A stretch of 64,000 nucleotides of DNA from Bacteroidota bacterium (GCA_050258935.1 JBLMZS010000013.1:141190-205189); one strand, 5' to 3'; shown: positions 19,078 to 28,275, counted from the stretch's first letter. Numbers and translations: made by a program. Notes: generated by a model from the letters alone, not told the origin.

Positions 19078-21588
19078 TTATTTAATTAACATCATTTTCT
19101 TTACGCTCTGGAAATCACCGGCCTTTATCTGATAGAGATATATACCGCTGGCCAGATGCGAAGCATTGAATGATACTGTATGTGAACCGGCATCCTGCTG
19201 CATATTAACAAGACTTGCCACTTCTCTTCCCAGTACATCATATACCTTCAGAGTCACTAATCCGGCCTGTCCGAGCGAATATTTGATCTGAGTAGACGGA
19301 TTGAACGGGTTAGGATAATTCTGATCGAGTGAGTATGTCGTAGCAACCATTGGTTTGTCATTTACTCCGACTGTCCACTGATCACCGATCCAGGTGTATA
19401 ACCATCTCCATACATCCTGATACGATTTATCATCGTTGAAAGGCGAGTAACTGAGGATACCTTCTCTTTGACCAGTAGCATCGGCATCATTAAGAGAGAT
19501 ATCAATTGGAATTCTCATGCCGTTTGCAGGAACGAACAGAGAGTCGAAATTGGTGGCGCCTGCATTTCTTTTTCTTGCAAAATCAGCCAGAGGAATTCTT
19601 GCTTCTACTACATATCCGGTCGGGAATTTTTCAGTCCATGAATAATTAGCTCCGGGAAGCAGCAGTGTATCAAGTGACTGTCCGTCAAAACGGGCTTTGT
19701 CCTTTGAGAATCTTGCATGATAATCGGGTGAAAGTCCTCTTCCATAACCGGCGTGAGGAACACCGTGCCAGTCATAGAGACCTATATAGAGATCTGCACA
19801 GTCATTCTTATAATCGTCAGTATTTGCAGGATTGACAGTTATCATATCGTCTTCGACGTCGTAAGCAACGTAAAGGTTTTCCTTGTCAATAGCGAGGTAA
19901 ACTTTTGCTGAGCAGTCTGCGTCATCATTGATAAGTGTATTAGGAGCAACAAATCCGGTACCCTGTGATCTTGCAACAGTAATCGGAGTGATTGCTGACC
20001 ATTCTTTCAGATCGCCGTCGGCAGCAAATGAAGTTGCCGGAGGATTGAGTGATATTGTCGGAACACCGAGAGCTGTGTTAGTAGCTGCACCTGCAGGAGC
20101 TGCTATTTCACTGGCATTACCGAATGCGTCTGTACAAACGATAGCATAATAGTATGTTACCTGCTGATCAGATACCGGTGCACGGAGAAGGTGCTCGACT
20201 ACCGAAACGTTCTCTCCTATTCCCTTCTTTACTACTTCTACGTCTGATGATTTGATGTCTGTAATCGGTGATTTTGAATAGTATACGTCGTATACTTCTT
20301 TTGATTCACCAGGTACATCTGTCCAGCTGATAAGGTTGCTGTTTGTGCTGGCATTGACCATTACGCCGTCAGGTTTATTCGGAGCGACAACGTCAAATAC
20401 AGGGTTGCCTGTCCAGATATCGTCCATATAGATATCGCATGCCTTGGATGAACCGTTTTCTGTGAGAATTTCGAATTTCTTCACCTTTGAAGAATCGAAT
20501 CCGGCTTTATTATCTGATACCACCCAGTTGCGCAGAGGTATTCTGATAGTTTTCCACGTGCCGTCCCAGTTGTAGTCTGCAGCTTTTGCAACATATTTAA
20601 TTGCTGCATCAGTACCTGCCTGGGTATTGCTCATGAACTGAATACGTATATCATCGCCGAATTCAGCGGGAACTTTCACTTTCATTTTCAGAGTATCGTT
20701 GGTGATCCAGTTTCCGGCCATGTTCTTTTCAGCAAAGTCAAAGTACATGCCCGACCAGCCGCCGCCGCCGCTCCACTTGATAGCCGATTTACCCTGTGCA
20801 GAGCCGGAATTTGGTTCAATAGCAACAGAACCGCCCCAGCCTCCCATTGTAAGGTCGCCGGTAACTACTTTTCCGTTGAATACTACGAACGGTACAGACC
20901 TGTAGCCAAACCTGGTGAAATTATCGTAGCTTACGACTATCGAGTCCATGGGAAGATTTCTCGGAGCCACATATCCGGTTGTAATTATACCGAGGTTAAA
21001 GCCGACTATTTTATCTCTGTCAAGCTTTTCATTGTTGTATGTTCCGCCGCCCCAGCTCTTCGGGAAAAGTACAAATCCCTCTGCATTCGGAGTTACAGAA
21101 CCATCGGTAGGACGTTCAACGAGCGGAACTCTCAGGTTAACCCAGCCATCTGCCTTGTCCAGTATGACGGTCTGTTCGTAAATGTATTCTTCGTTAGATA
21201 CATCGGCACTCGGTCTGTCGGCAATGTGAATCCTGAAGACCATGTTTTCAGGGAGCGTCGGGGCCTGATGAACTTTGATCCAGATGCTGAGTGAATCACT
21301 TCCGCTCCAGTCGAACGGAGCTGCATCACTGGGAACACTGTAAATTAACTGGGCATAGCTGCCCCAGGGATGTGCAGAATCAACAGTAGCTGTTACTTTT
21401 ACTGCACCGGTACCTTCGTGTTTGTCAGTCTGATCGATCACGTTGACCATCTTGGATTTTCCCTCGATGCTCACCTTGTACCTGGTACTCAGTGAATCGA
21501 AATTATCGATTTCGAATACCTGTGCGTATGACATAACAGGAAGAAACCACAACATCAACAGAAGTGATTGTAGCAAACGCTTTTTCAT
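19078..21588 (-). CDS. Secreted multi-module carbohydrate-binding surface protein (beta-sandwich modules, FN3, CBM9-like) with a T9SS C-terminal sorting domain
   Basis: Signal peptide MKKRLLQSLLLMLWFLPVMSYAQ. FN3-like PNKPDGVMVNASTNSNLISWTDVPGESKEVYDVYYS. CBM9-like block DGDLKEWSAITPI…AKVYLAIDKENLYVAYDVEDD…GYVVEARIPL…ISLNDAD. C-terminal domain QNYPNPFNPSTQIKYSL…SGIYLYQIKAGDFQSVKKMMLIK. Confidence 0.8.
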   Translation of the reverse strand: MKKRLLQSLLLMLWFLPVMSYAQVFEIDNFDSLSTRYKVSIEGKSKMVNVIDQTDKHEGTGAVKVTATVDSAHPWGSYAQLIYSVPSDAAPFDWSGSDSLSIWIKVHQAPTLPENMVFRIHIADRPSADVSNEEYIYEQTVILDKADGWVNLRVPLVERPTDGSVTPNAEGFVLFPKSWGGGTYNNEKLDRDKIVGFNLGIITTGYVAPRNLPMDSIVVSYDNFTRFGYRSVPFVVFNGKVVTGDLTMGGWGGSVAIEPNSGSAQGKSAIKWSGGGGWSGMYFDFAEKNMAGNWITNDTLKMKVKVPAEFGDDIRIQFMSNTQAGTDAAIKYVAKAADYNWDGTWKTIRIPLRNWVVSDNKAGFDSSKVKKFEILTENGSSKACDIYMDDIWTGNPVFDVVAPNKPDGVMVNASTNSNLISWTDVPGESKEVYDVYYSKSPITDIKSSDVEVVKKGIGENVSVVEHLLRAPVSDQQVTYYYAIVCTDAFGNASEIAAPAGAATNTALGVPTISLNPPATSFAADGDLKEWSAITPITVARSQGTGFVAPNTLINDDADCSAKVYLAIDKENLYVAYDVEDDMITVNPANTDDYKNDCADLYIGLYDWHGVPHAGYGRGLSPDYHARFSKDKARFDGQSLDTLLLPGANYSWTEKFPTGYVVEARIPLADFARKRNAGATNFDSLFVPANGMRIPIDISLNDADATGQREGILSYSPFNDDKSYQDVWRWLYTWIGDQWTVGVNDKPMVATTYSLDQNYPNPFNPSTQIKYSLGQAGLVTLKVYDVLGREVASLVNMQQDAGSHTVSFNASHLASGIYLYQIKAGDFQSVKKMMLIK

Positions 21589-21747
21589 ATTCTTACCTCC
21601 TGATAGTTTTTAAATAAACATTTTATAAGAGCAGCATTACCCTTATATGACTTACTTCACTTTTCTAACTCAACAGATAGAAACTCTATTTATTATATAT
21701 CCATTTGAGAAAATATTTTCAGGTAATAATATCCCTGAACCGGTCTG

Positions 21748-23286
21748 TCAGAATGGATACTTGCCCGCTGCAGTAGCCTTAATTTCGGCTTCACCGGGTA
21801 TTTCATTTAACTTCGCTACAGTCATTGGAACAGGAAACATTTTACTGATAGCAAATATCATAATAGTACAAATTGCAAATGAAAATATCGAGAAATGCAA
21901 AAAGTTAATATTTACTATTGATCCTACGAGACTCGCAGGACTGGCATCTGCGAAATAATTATCGAAGAGCAGTTTTGCCGATCCGAGGATTTCACCCAGC
22001 AGCAGCGTCCAGAAGGCACCGCGGGCATTTACTTTTTTGTTCATCAGTCCGAATAAAAAAACCACAGTAATCGGAGGAGCAAAAAGTCCCTGCAGATTCT
22101 GCAAAGAAAGATAGACCTGCGAATTAATTATCTTGATTATCGGGATGCATAGTATAGCCACAATAACCATTCCCATCGTCATAAGTCTTCCGACGAGCAC
22201 CAACTTTACATCTGATACATCCGGATGGTTAAGCTTGTAATAATCGTTGGTGAAAAGTGCTGCCGATACATTGAATACGCTGGCGAGTGAAGACATAATA
22301 GCCGAAAGCAGACCCACGACCACCAATCCTTTAATGCCGGCCGGAAGAATATTGCTGGCTATCAGTGTCGGATATGCCTCGTCACCCCTTATTTCCGGGA
22401 AAAGTGCGACAGCAATGAGTCCCGGCAGAACCAGAATGAAAATAGGTGTTATCTTCAGCAGTGATGCGAATATGGAACCCTTGCGCGCGTCGGCGATGCT
22501 GCGGGCGGATAAAAGCCGCTGGACAATATACTGGTCAGTACACCAGTACCAGAATGCCAGTATCGGAGCGCCGAACAGCATTCCGGTCCACGGGAAATCC
22601 GGATCGCCTGCAGGTTTAATAATATGGAAGTACTGGGGATCCAGCTTCTGATACAGCCCGGTAAATCCGCCAACATGATACAGGCCGAATACAGTCAGTA
22701 TGACCGCTCCAAGCAGCAGCAGCACTGCCTGCAGAACATGTGTTTTCATAATCGTATAGGAACCGCCGATAACGCTGTATATACCGGTTATAAGCACCAG
22801 TATTATTGCAGAAGTATATATGTTCAGTCCGAACATTTTCTGGAACAGAAAGCCTCCGGCCAGAAGGGATACAGAAATCTTAGTGACTATATATACAATA
22901 ATTGAAATCAGAGAGAACAGTTTTCTGCTTCGGCGGTCAAAGCGCTCTTCCAGAAATTCAGGAGTGCTCATTATGCCGGAGCGTATGAATACAGGAGCGA
23001 CAAAACGCCCGAGCAGTATCAGTATAAACACCGCGAGCAGTTCAAACTGCCCTACCGCCAGACCACGTGTTGCACCTGAACCGGCAAGTCCGATGAAGTG
23101 TTCACTTGATATATTCGTAGCAAATATTGATAGTCCGACGGTAATCCAGCCCATCTTTCTGCCTGCAAGAAAGTATCCGGCCATGTCTTTGGTTTCACGG
23201 CTGGAATAATAAAATGCCATGCTCAGCAGTACGATGAGATATGCAAAGAGTATCGAAAAATCTATTAGTGTAAATTGACCGTTCAT
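21748..23286 (-). CDS. Sodium:solute symporter family (SGLT-like) sugar transporter
   Basis: 512 aa with about 13-14 predicted TM helices. SSF-type N-terminus …YFLAGRKMGWITVGLSIFATNISSEHFIGLAGSGATRGLAV. Confidence 0.9.
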   Translation of the reverse strand: MNGQFTLIDFSILFAYLIVLLSMAFYYSSRETKDMAGYFLAGRKMGWITVGLSIFATNISSEHFIGLAGSGATRGLAVGQFELLAVFILILLGRFVAPVFIRSGIMSTPEFLEERFDRRSRKLFSLISIIVYIVTKISVSLLAGGFLFQKMFGLNIYTSAIILVLITGIYSVIGGSYTIMKTHVLQAVLLLLGAVILTVFGLYHVGGFTGLYQKLDPQYFHIIKPAGDPDFPWTGMLFGAPILAFWYWCTDQYIVQRLLSARSIADARKGSIFASLLKITPIFILVLPGLIAVALFPEIRGDEAYPTLIASNILPAGIKGLVVVGLLSAIMSSLASVFNVSAALFTNDYYKLNHPDVSDVKLVLVGRLMTMGMVIVAILCIPIIKIINSQVYLSLQNLQGLFAPPITVVFLFGLMNKKVNARGAFWTLLLGEILGSAKLLFDNYFADASPASLVGSIVNINFLHFSIFSFAICTIMIFAISKMFPVPMTVAKLNEIPGEAEIKATAAGKYPF

Positions 23287-23324
23287 CCGCCTACAATAAA
23301 AATGGTTATTAACATATTCTTTAT

Positions 23325-23340
23325 GTCATAAACAATGCCA
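23325..23340 (-). promoter_or_regulatory. Weak candidate sigma54 (-24/-12) promoter for the glycan-utilisation operon
   Basis: The minus strand reads TGGCATTGTTTATGAC about 50 nt upstream of the symporter ATG. The -24 TGGCA is perfect. The -12 is ATGA rather than TTGC, so the conserved C is missing. Confidence 0.2.
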
Positions 23341-23467
23341 GAGGTGAAAAGTCTTCAAATCCGTAAAATTTCGCGGTATTGTGTATCCAGTGGTATTTCC
23401 GGGCAGGGTTTTTATTTATTAAAATTATAATCGGTTTTATTATTTTAATAAGGGAGCATACAGTTTT

Positions 23468-23540
23468 CAGTTGTTAGTTCTCAGTTCTCAGTTAACTAAC
23501 AACTGAGAACTAATAACTGAGAACTAATAACTGATAACTA
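23468..23540. repeat. Array of direct and inverted copies of a 13-14-nt motif (AACTGAGAACTAA[T])
   Basis: Direct copies lie at 23501-23514 and 23515-23528, with a degenerate copy at 23529-23540. An inverted copy TTAGTTCTCAGTT lies at 23474-23486. A 12-bp perfect stem pairs 23468-23479 with 23494-23505. The last copy overlaps the regulator stop codon. Confidence 0.85.
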
Positions 23541-25001
23541 TTTAAGTCCCAGCTCTTTGGCCATGCGGTAATAGTTTGAAGGAGCGAGCCCCAGTTTCTG
23601 TGCTGCTTCAGTATCTGAAGAAGAGTTTTCCCTGATAAAAAGGAAATATTTCTGTCTGAAAATCCGCTCCATTTCCTTCAGTGGCAGCACTTCGCTTTCT
23701 GTATTGAACTCCACACAGTTGCTGTTGTTGCCGAAATTTTTCTGAAGGTCTATACTGTTTATGAGCATCTGTGCATGGTAATATGTAATCAGATTTTCAT
23801 CGGTAAAGAAAAACCGCTGAACTACATTGATCAGTTCCCGGACATTTCCGGGCCAGTCGTAATTCAATAGTACATCCCATGCACTCTGGTCGATTACGGG
23901 TTTTTCCCTGGTCATATCAATCGATATCTTGTTCAGGAAGTGTTCGGTCAGCAGTGGTATATCGCTTTTCCTCTGTTTCAATGGCGGGACGACTATCTGC
24001 ACGACATTCAGGCGGTAATAGAGGTCCTCGCGGAATCTCCTGGCCCGGACCTCCTCCTCGATATTTCTGTTTGTGGCGGCAATAATTCTGACATCCACTT
24101 TTACCTTTTCGGTCCTGCCGATTTTTTCGATCTCGCCTTCCTGAATAACTCTCAGCAGTTTCACCTGCGCAGAAAGAGGCAGTTCCGTGATTTCATCCAG
24201 AAATACCGTGCCCCTGTGCGCAATCTCAAACAGTCCGGGTTTTCTTTTATCTGCACCGGTAAATGCACCTTTCTCGTATCCGAACAGTTCGCTTTCGACA
24301 AGATCGTTCGGAAGGCTGCCGCAGTTGATCGGTACAAAGTTTTCCGAGCGGCGGCTGCTGTTATAGTGGAGGTTATATGCAACCACCTCTTTGCCAGTGC
24401 CTGAATCGCCCTTGATCAGTACATTTACGTTTGTCTTTGAATATTTCAGCAGATCCTCTTTTAGTTTCACCATGAGTGAAGATTCACCTATAATACGCTT
24501 GGCCTCCAGTATAGAATCTGCATTCCTGAGTAGTTTCTGGTTTGACCTGTTCCTCTCTTTTTCCAGTATCGATTTTTCATAGGCGTTGAATATACTTATA
24601 ATAAAGTCGGTCGGCTGATAGATAAAGTCCTCTATATCTCCGGGATATTTGGTGCAGTACCAGAAAGCGCCTGCCTTCAGCAGTTTATTCGCAAAGTCGT
24701 AGTCCGTAATGTTAATAGTCATCTTTGTAATCACTATTATCTGCAATGAACAGTTGATCTCCTTTATTCTCTGGATAAGTGCATCACCCATCAGTCCGCC
24801 TGCTATCTGGAAGTCCATAATCACCACATCGTAGGTCTCGCTTCCCGATTTGATGAGCTCAATAGCATCTCTCCCATTGGAAACAATTTTCGCTATCCTG
24901 ATTTTATCTTCAAATGGCTTGATAGTGTTTTCCACCCGTCTGACGTCAAAGTCTTCATCTTCAATCAGCAATACCTTAATGACTTTGTCAGTATTCATCA
25001 T
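23538..25001 (-). CDS. Sigma54-dependent response regulator (receiver + AAA+ EBP + C-terminal HTH)
   Basis: Receiver domain VLLIEDEDFD…DVVIMDFQI. Walker A GDSGTGKE. Sigma54-contact loop ESELFGYEKGAFTGA. C-terminal HTH AAQKLGLAPSNYYRMAKELGL. Confidence 0.9.
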   Translation of the reverse strand: MMNTDKVIKVLLIEDEDFDVRRVENTIKPFEDKIRIAKIVSNGRDAIELIKSGSETYDVVIMDFQIAGGLMGDALIQRIKEINCSLQIIVITKMTINITDYDFANKLLKAGAFWYCTKYPGDIEDFIYQPTDFIISIFNAYEKSILEKERNRSNQKLLRNADSILEAKRIIGESSLMVKLKEDLLKYSKTNVNVLIKGDSGTGKEVVAYNLHYNSSRRSENFVPINCGSLPNDLVESELFGYEKGAFTGADKRKPGLFEIAHRGTVFLDEITELPLSAQVKLLRVIQEGEIEKIGRTEKVKVDVRIIAATNRNIEEEVRARRFREDLYYRLNVVQIVVPPLKQRKSDIPLLTEHFLNKISIDMTREKPVIDQSAWDVLLNYDWPGNVRELINVVQRFFFTDENLITYYHAQMLINSIDLQKNFGNNSNCVEFNTESEVLPLKEMERIFRQKYFLFIRENSSSDTEAAQKLGLAPSNYYRMAKELGLK

Positions 25002-25009
25002 AACTCCGT

Positions 25010-26485
25010 TTATTGATTAATTGAAATAACAAACCGGCATCCTCCAGTCGCAATATTCTCCGCATCCAGTTCCCATCCGCACCGTTTACTCATCACATAT
25101 GCAATATAGCAACCGTATCCGTTATTTTTTATGCCGGACTGTTTTGTAGAACTGTGTTCCAGAAATATTTTTTTGAGTGCCTTGCTGTCATCTGTTTCGA
25201 GAAGACCGGGTGCGACTCCTTTGCCATTATCTTCAATACTGAGGACAATTTTGCGGTTATCACAGTCATACTTTGAACATATTTTTATAGTTACAAAATC
25301 CACCCCGCTGTGTTCGATGCAGTTCTGTATCAATGGTTCAATTATCTCCCACAGCACAAACTCATTTATCTGGAGTACCGGCAGATTTTCTTCCAGGTCC
25401 ATTTTTATTTCAAATGCCTGTGACTGGTATGAGATGCGCAGGAAAATATTCTGCACTATAAAGTTTATTACTTCGTTCAGGTTTGTCCTGAATATCTGAT
25501 TCCTGATAGTCTGCACCGGCGGATCAAACCATTTCATGTCATATATCACTCTGGAAATGAAATTGCTGTAGCGTGTAACGCGGTATTTGATTTCTTCTGT
25601 ATTATGCTGAGAAAGCTGTCTGAGATCATCCTTTATAAAACCCATGATCTTTTCTGCCTTGTGGTGCGTATGATAAATCCGCTTTGTAAAAGTCATTTCC
25701 TTTTCGTGGTTGATCTGCTTTTCAAGGTTGCTTTCATATTCCTGCAGGAGCATCTTCTGCGCCTCATTTCTCTCCTTTACGGTATAGGAGGATATAAAGA
25801 ACATGGCTAGGAGTCCCAGAAGTATAAGAGACATATATATCAGGGATGTTTCGTCGTAGCTGTATATGATCTGATCGGTTATTACCGAAAAGTCCGGTGT
25901 ATTCCTGATGTACAGGGCACCTATGTACTCTCCACGGAGCACAAGAGGTACAAATGTATGGAAAGTTCTCTTTTCAGTTATTATGCTTTTTATCTGTTCC
26001 TTTTCTATAAGAGTATTTTTAACCTGTCTGTACAGTGCAATAGTGGAATCATATTTTCTCTGTGCAGGGGCTATCTCCCTGTGCTCAAGGAACAGTGTAA
26101 AAAAGTTAGTACCATCATCAATTGCATATGTATGTCCGTTCCGTTCGACTATTATGCACAGCTCCCCGATATTATTCTGAAGTTTCTGCTGACTGAAGAC
26201 AATATCAAAAGACTGTATAATGTTTTTCAGCTCTTCATTGCTCATATGCTCTTTTCCGCTGATCGATTCGAGCAGCAGTTCAAGAGAAGTGGTAGTGAGA
26301 TTAGCCAGGTTTTCGGCCGAATCCTTCTGATACCATTCCTGAGTGCGCCCAAGAAGTCTGGTAATCGAGGACTTGTTCACCATTGACAGCACCAGCTGAA
26401 ATGCCAGCAATACTATGAACACTACCAGCAGGTGCTTGACCTCAAAATGATAGTAGCGAAGTTTGTCGCTGATTTTTTTGCTCAT
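25010..26485 (-). CDS. Membrane sensor histidine kinase (two TM helices flanking a ~180-aa periplasmic domain, atypical H-box)
   Basis: TM1 is LLVVFIVLLAFQLVLSMV and TM2 is LIYMSLILLGLLAMFFISSYTV. Candidate H-box RIYHTHHKAEKIMGF. GHKL N/G boxes EPLIQNCIEHSG, IEDNGKGV, NNGYGCYI. Lies 8 nt upstream of the response regulator. Confidence 0.75.
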   Translation of the reverse strand: MSKKISDKLRYYHFEVKHLLVVFIVLLAFQLVLSMVNKSSITRLLGRTQEWYQKDSAENLANLTTTSLELLLESISGKEHMSNEELKNIIQSFDIVFSQQKLQNNIGELCIIVERNGHTYAIDDGTNFFTLFLEHREIAPAQRKYDSTIALYRQVKNTLIEKEQIKSIITEKRTFHTFVPLVLRGEYIGALYIRNTPDFSVITDQIIYSYDETSLIYMSLILLGLLAMFFISSYTVKERNEAQKMLLQEYESNLEKQINHEKEMTFTKRIYHTHHKAEKIMGFIKDDLRQLSQHNTEEIKYRVTRYSNFISRVIYDMKWFDPPVQTIRNQIFRTNLNEVINFIVQNIFLRISYQSQAFEIKMDLEENLPVLQINEFVLWEIIEPLIQNCIEHSGVDFVTIKICSKYDCDNRKIVLSIEDNGKGVAPGLLETDDSKALKKIFLEHSSTKQSGIKNNGYGCYIAYVMSKRCGWELDAENIATGGCRFVISINQ

Positions 26486-26574
26486 GGCTTAACCTGTAGC
26501 ATGTGCTTAAAACAAATCTTTCTTTTGCATATAGTCATTCTTCATTCCTCATCCGGCAGTATCTTCAAAAACAC

Positions 26575-27924
26575 TTATTTCATAAAAATTCTTTTGGATT
26601 CAATAGCTTCTTCCGCCCTGCTGAGAGCTTCGCTTACAGACATTCTGTTCCTGATGGCCTGGTTCAGGTAATATGAAAGTTTGTCGGATATATTAGTATA
26701 ATTTTCCAGAAATGGCCTGTGAAATCCTGCAGACAGCAGCTTTTCATTAAACTTAAGTATTGGATGATTTTTCGCGTACTGCTTGTCGGCATAGACTTTA
26801 GTATTTACAGGAATATAACCGCCCTCCTCCAGCATTATTTTCTGGGCTTCCACGCTCTGGAAAAAGTTGATAAACATTACAGCCTCAGGTATCTTGGTAG
26901 AAAATGCAGAAACCATAAGGTTCCATCCCCCGAATACTGCTTTGGGTGGATAACCGCGGAAATGAGGGACCGGAGCTTGTCTGAGATTCGGATTGAATCC
27001 CTTTACATAGGGTTTATCCAGCAGGCCCGACCAGCCTCTGAGGAATACACCATTTTTTCTGAGGAAATAACTGTAACTGGGGTCTTCTCTGAAGCGGACT
27101 ATATCTGAAGGTGACATATTATATTTATTGACCAGATCAACCAGCAGCTGAAGCGCCCTATGTGCCTGTGGTGTATGCAGCTGCAGCTTTCCGTCTTTTA
27201 CCATAGGGCATGACAGACTTTCCATGAGTTCTGCAAATATACAGATCAGTCCCTCAAAATCATCGGCCTGGTAGATAAAGAACGGACTTCCGGCTTCGCC
27301 AAGCCGCTGATGCAGTGCAATAAAATCTTCCCAGGATATAGAACTGTCTATTTTTTTCTGTATTTCGGCGTAATCAGGGAGCTGTTTGAGTGCGTCAACA
27401 TTGTAATACATCTGTGCTATATCAATATATAACGGAGTGGCAATTAACCTGCCGTCATAATAACACGAACTGAGCGAGTAATGCAGCAGCTGCTCTTTCT
27501 GATTTCCGGCGATATATTCTTCCAGAGGCACCGCCCACCTGGCAAACCGGGGTACCCAGATAAGGTCAACAGCAAAAACGTCGATACGGCCGCTTTTACT
27601 GCGCAGGTATCTGACGAGAAGTTCTTTTCTTTCGTTCGTGCTGAATTTATCGAACGGCAGGTCGACCGCTTCAACCTCAATCTGCCCTTTGTAGCGCTGA
27701 TTGAACAGGTCAATGACGCGTCTGTGTGCCGGAGATATGCTGTCTACATAGTAAATCTTCTTGACCGAATTATTGTCCAGATCACTGGGACCGAACAGAG
27801 ATGAAATGAATACGAAGAATGCAAAGACCAGTATTATAGCAGTGCTGATCACTATATAGTATAGTTTTTCAGATCTGAATTCCTTCAGATATTCCTGAAT
27901 CTTCCTTATAAGATTTTCCCGCAT
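26575..27924 (-). CDS. Membrane-anchored family-1 extracellular solute-binding protein (sugar-binding type), orphan with no ABC permease or ATPase nearby
   Basis: N-terminal TM anchor YYIVISTAIILVFAFFVFISSLF. SBP_bac_1-like blocks DVFAVDLIWVPRFA, VFGGWNLMVSAFSTK, FINFFQSVEAQKIM. Confidence 0.8.
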   Translation of the reverse strand: MRENLIRKIQEYLKEFRSEKLYYIVISTAIILVFAFFVFISSLFGPSDLDNNSVKKIYYVDSISPAHRRVIDLFNQRYKGQIEVEAVDLPFDKFSTNERKELLVRYLRSKSGRIDVFAVDLIWVPRFARWAVPLEEYIAGNQKEQLLHYSLSSCYYDGRLIATPLYIDIAQMYYNVDALKQLPDYAEIQKKIDSSISWEDFIALHQRLGEAGSPFFIYQADDFEGLICIFAELMESLSCPMVKDGKLQLHTPQAHRALQLLVDLVNKYNMSPSDIVRFREDPSYSYFLRKNGVFLRGWSGLLDKPYVKGFNPNLRQAPVPHFRGYPPKAVFGGWNLMVSAFSTKIPEAVMFINFFQSVEAQKIMLEEGGYIPVNTKVYADKQYAKNHPILKFNEKLLSAGFHRPFLENYTNISDKLSYYLNQAIRNRMSVSEALSRAEEAIESKRIFMK

Positions 27925-28275
27925 AGTTCGCCATACCGGAATAATTTGTCAATCATTTTTCATTCTGGGTGATTAATATATGGAATATAAATTTTAAAAA
28001 GAAACAGCCCCTTCTGCAGAGAATCCCTGTGGGAGTATGTTTTAAGCACAAACTCCAATCTGAAAATTTTATTTTCCTGCTTCTGGCGGGCTTATGTTTT
28101 TGATAATCGAAAATTATTAAAATGATAATCAGTGCAAAAATCAGCGTACAAATTTGCATCGAATAGCACTAAAATGGCGCTTGATGAAGCCACAACCGGA
28201 AAGGCATAGAATTTGTCGCTGCAACACCGTAAATTGTATAATTACAAATAAAAGATACTTTGACAGGAGATCATA

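Noticed and set aside
27953-28159. 68-codon ORF in the divergent intergenic region
   Set aside because: AT-rich with an Ile/Lys/Phe-biased translation, no RBS, and located where promoters of two divergent operons are expected.
28175-28190. Sigma54-like TGGCGCTTGATGAAGC upstream of the MFS transporter gene
   Set aside because: GG-to-GC spacing is 11 nt rather than 10, and the -12 region lacks TTGC. This is not better than chance.
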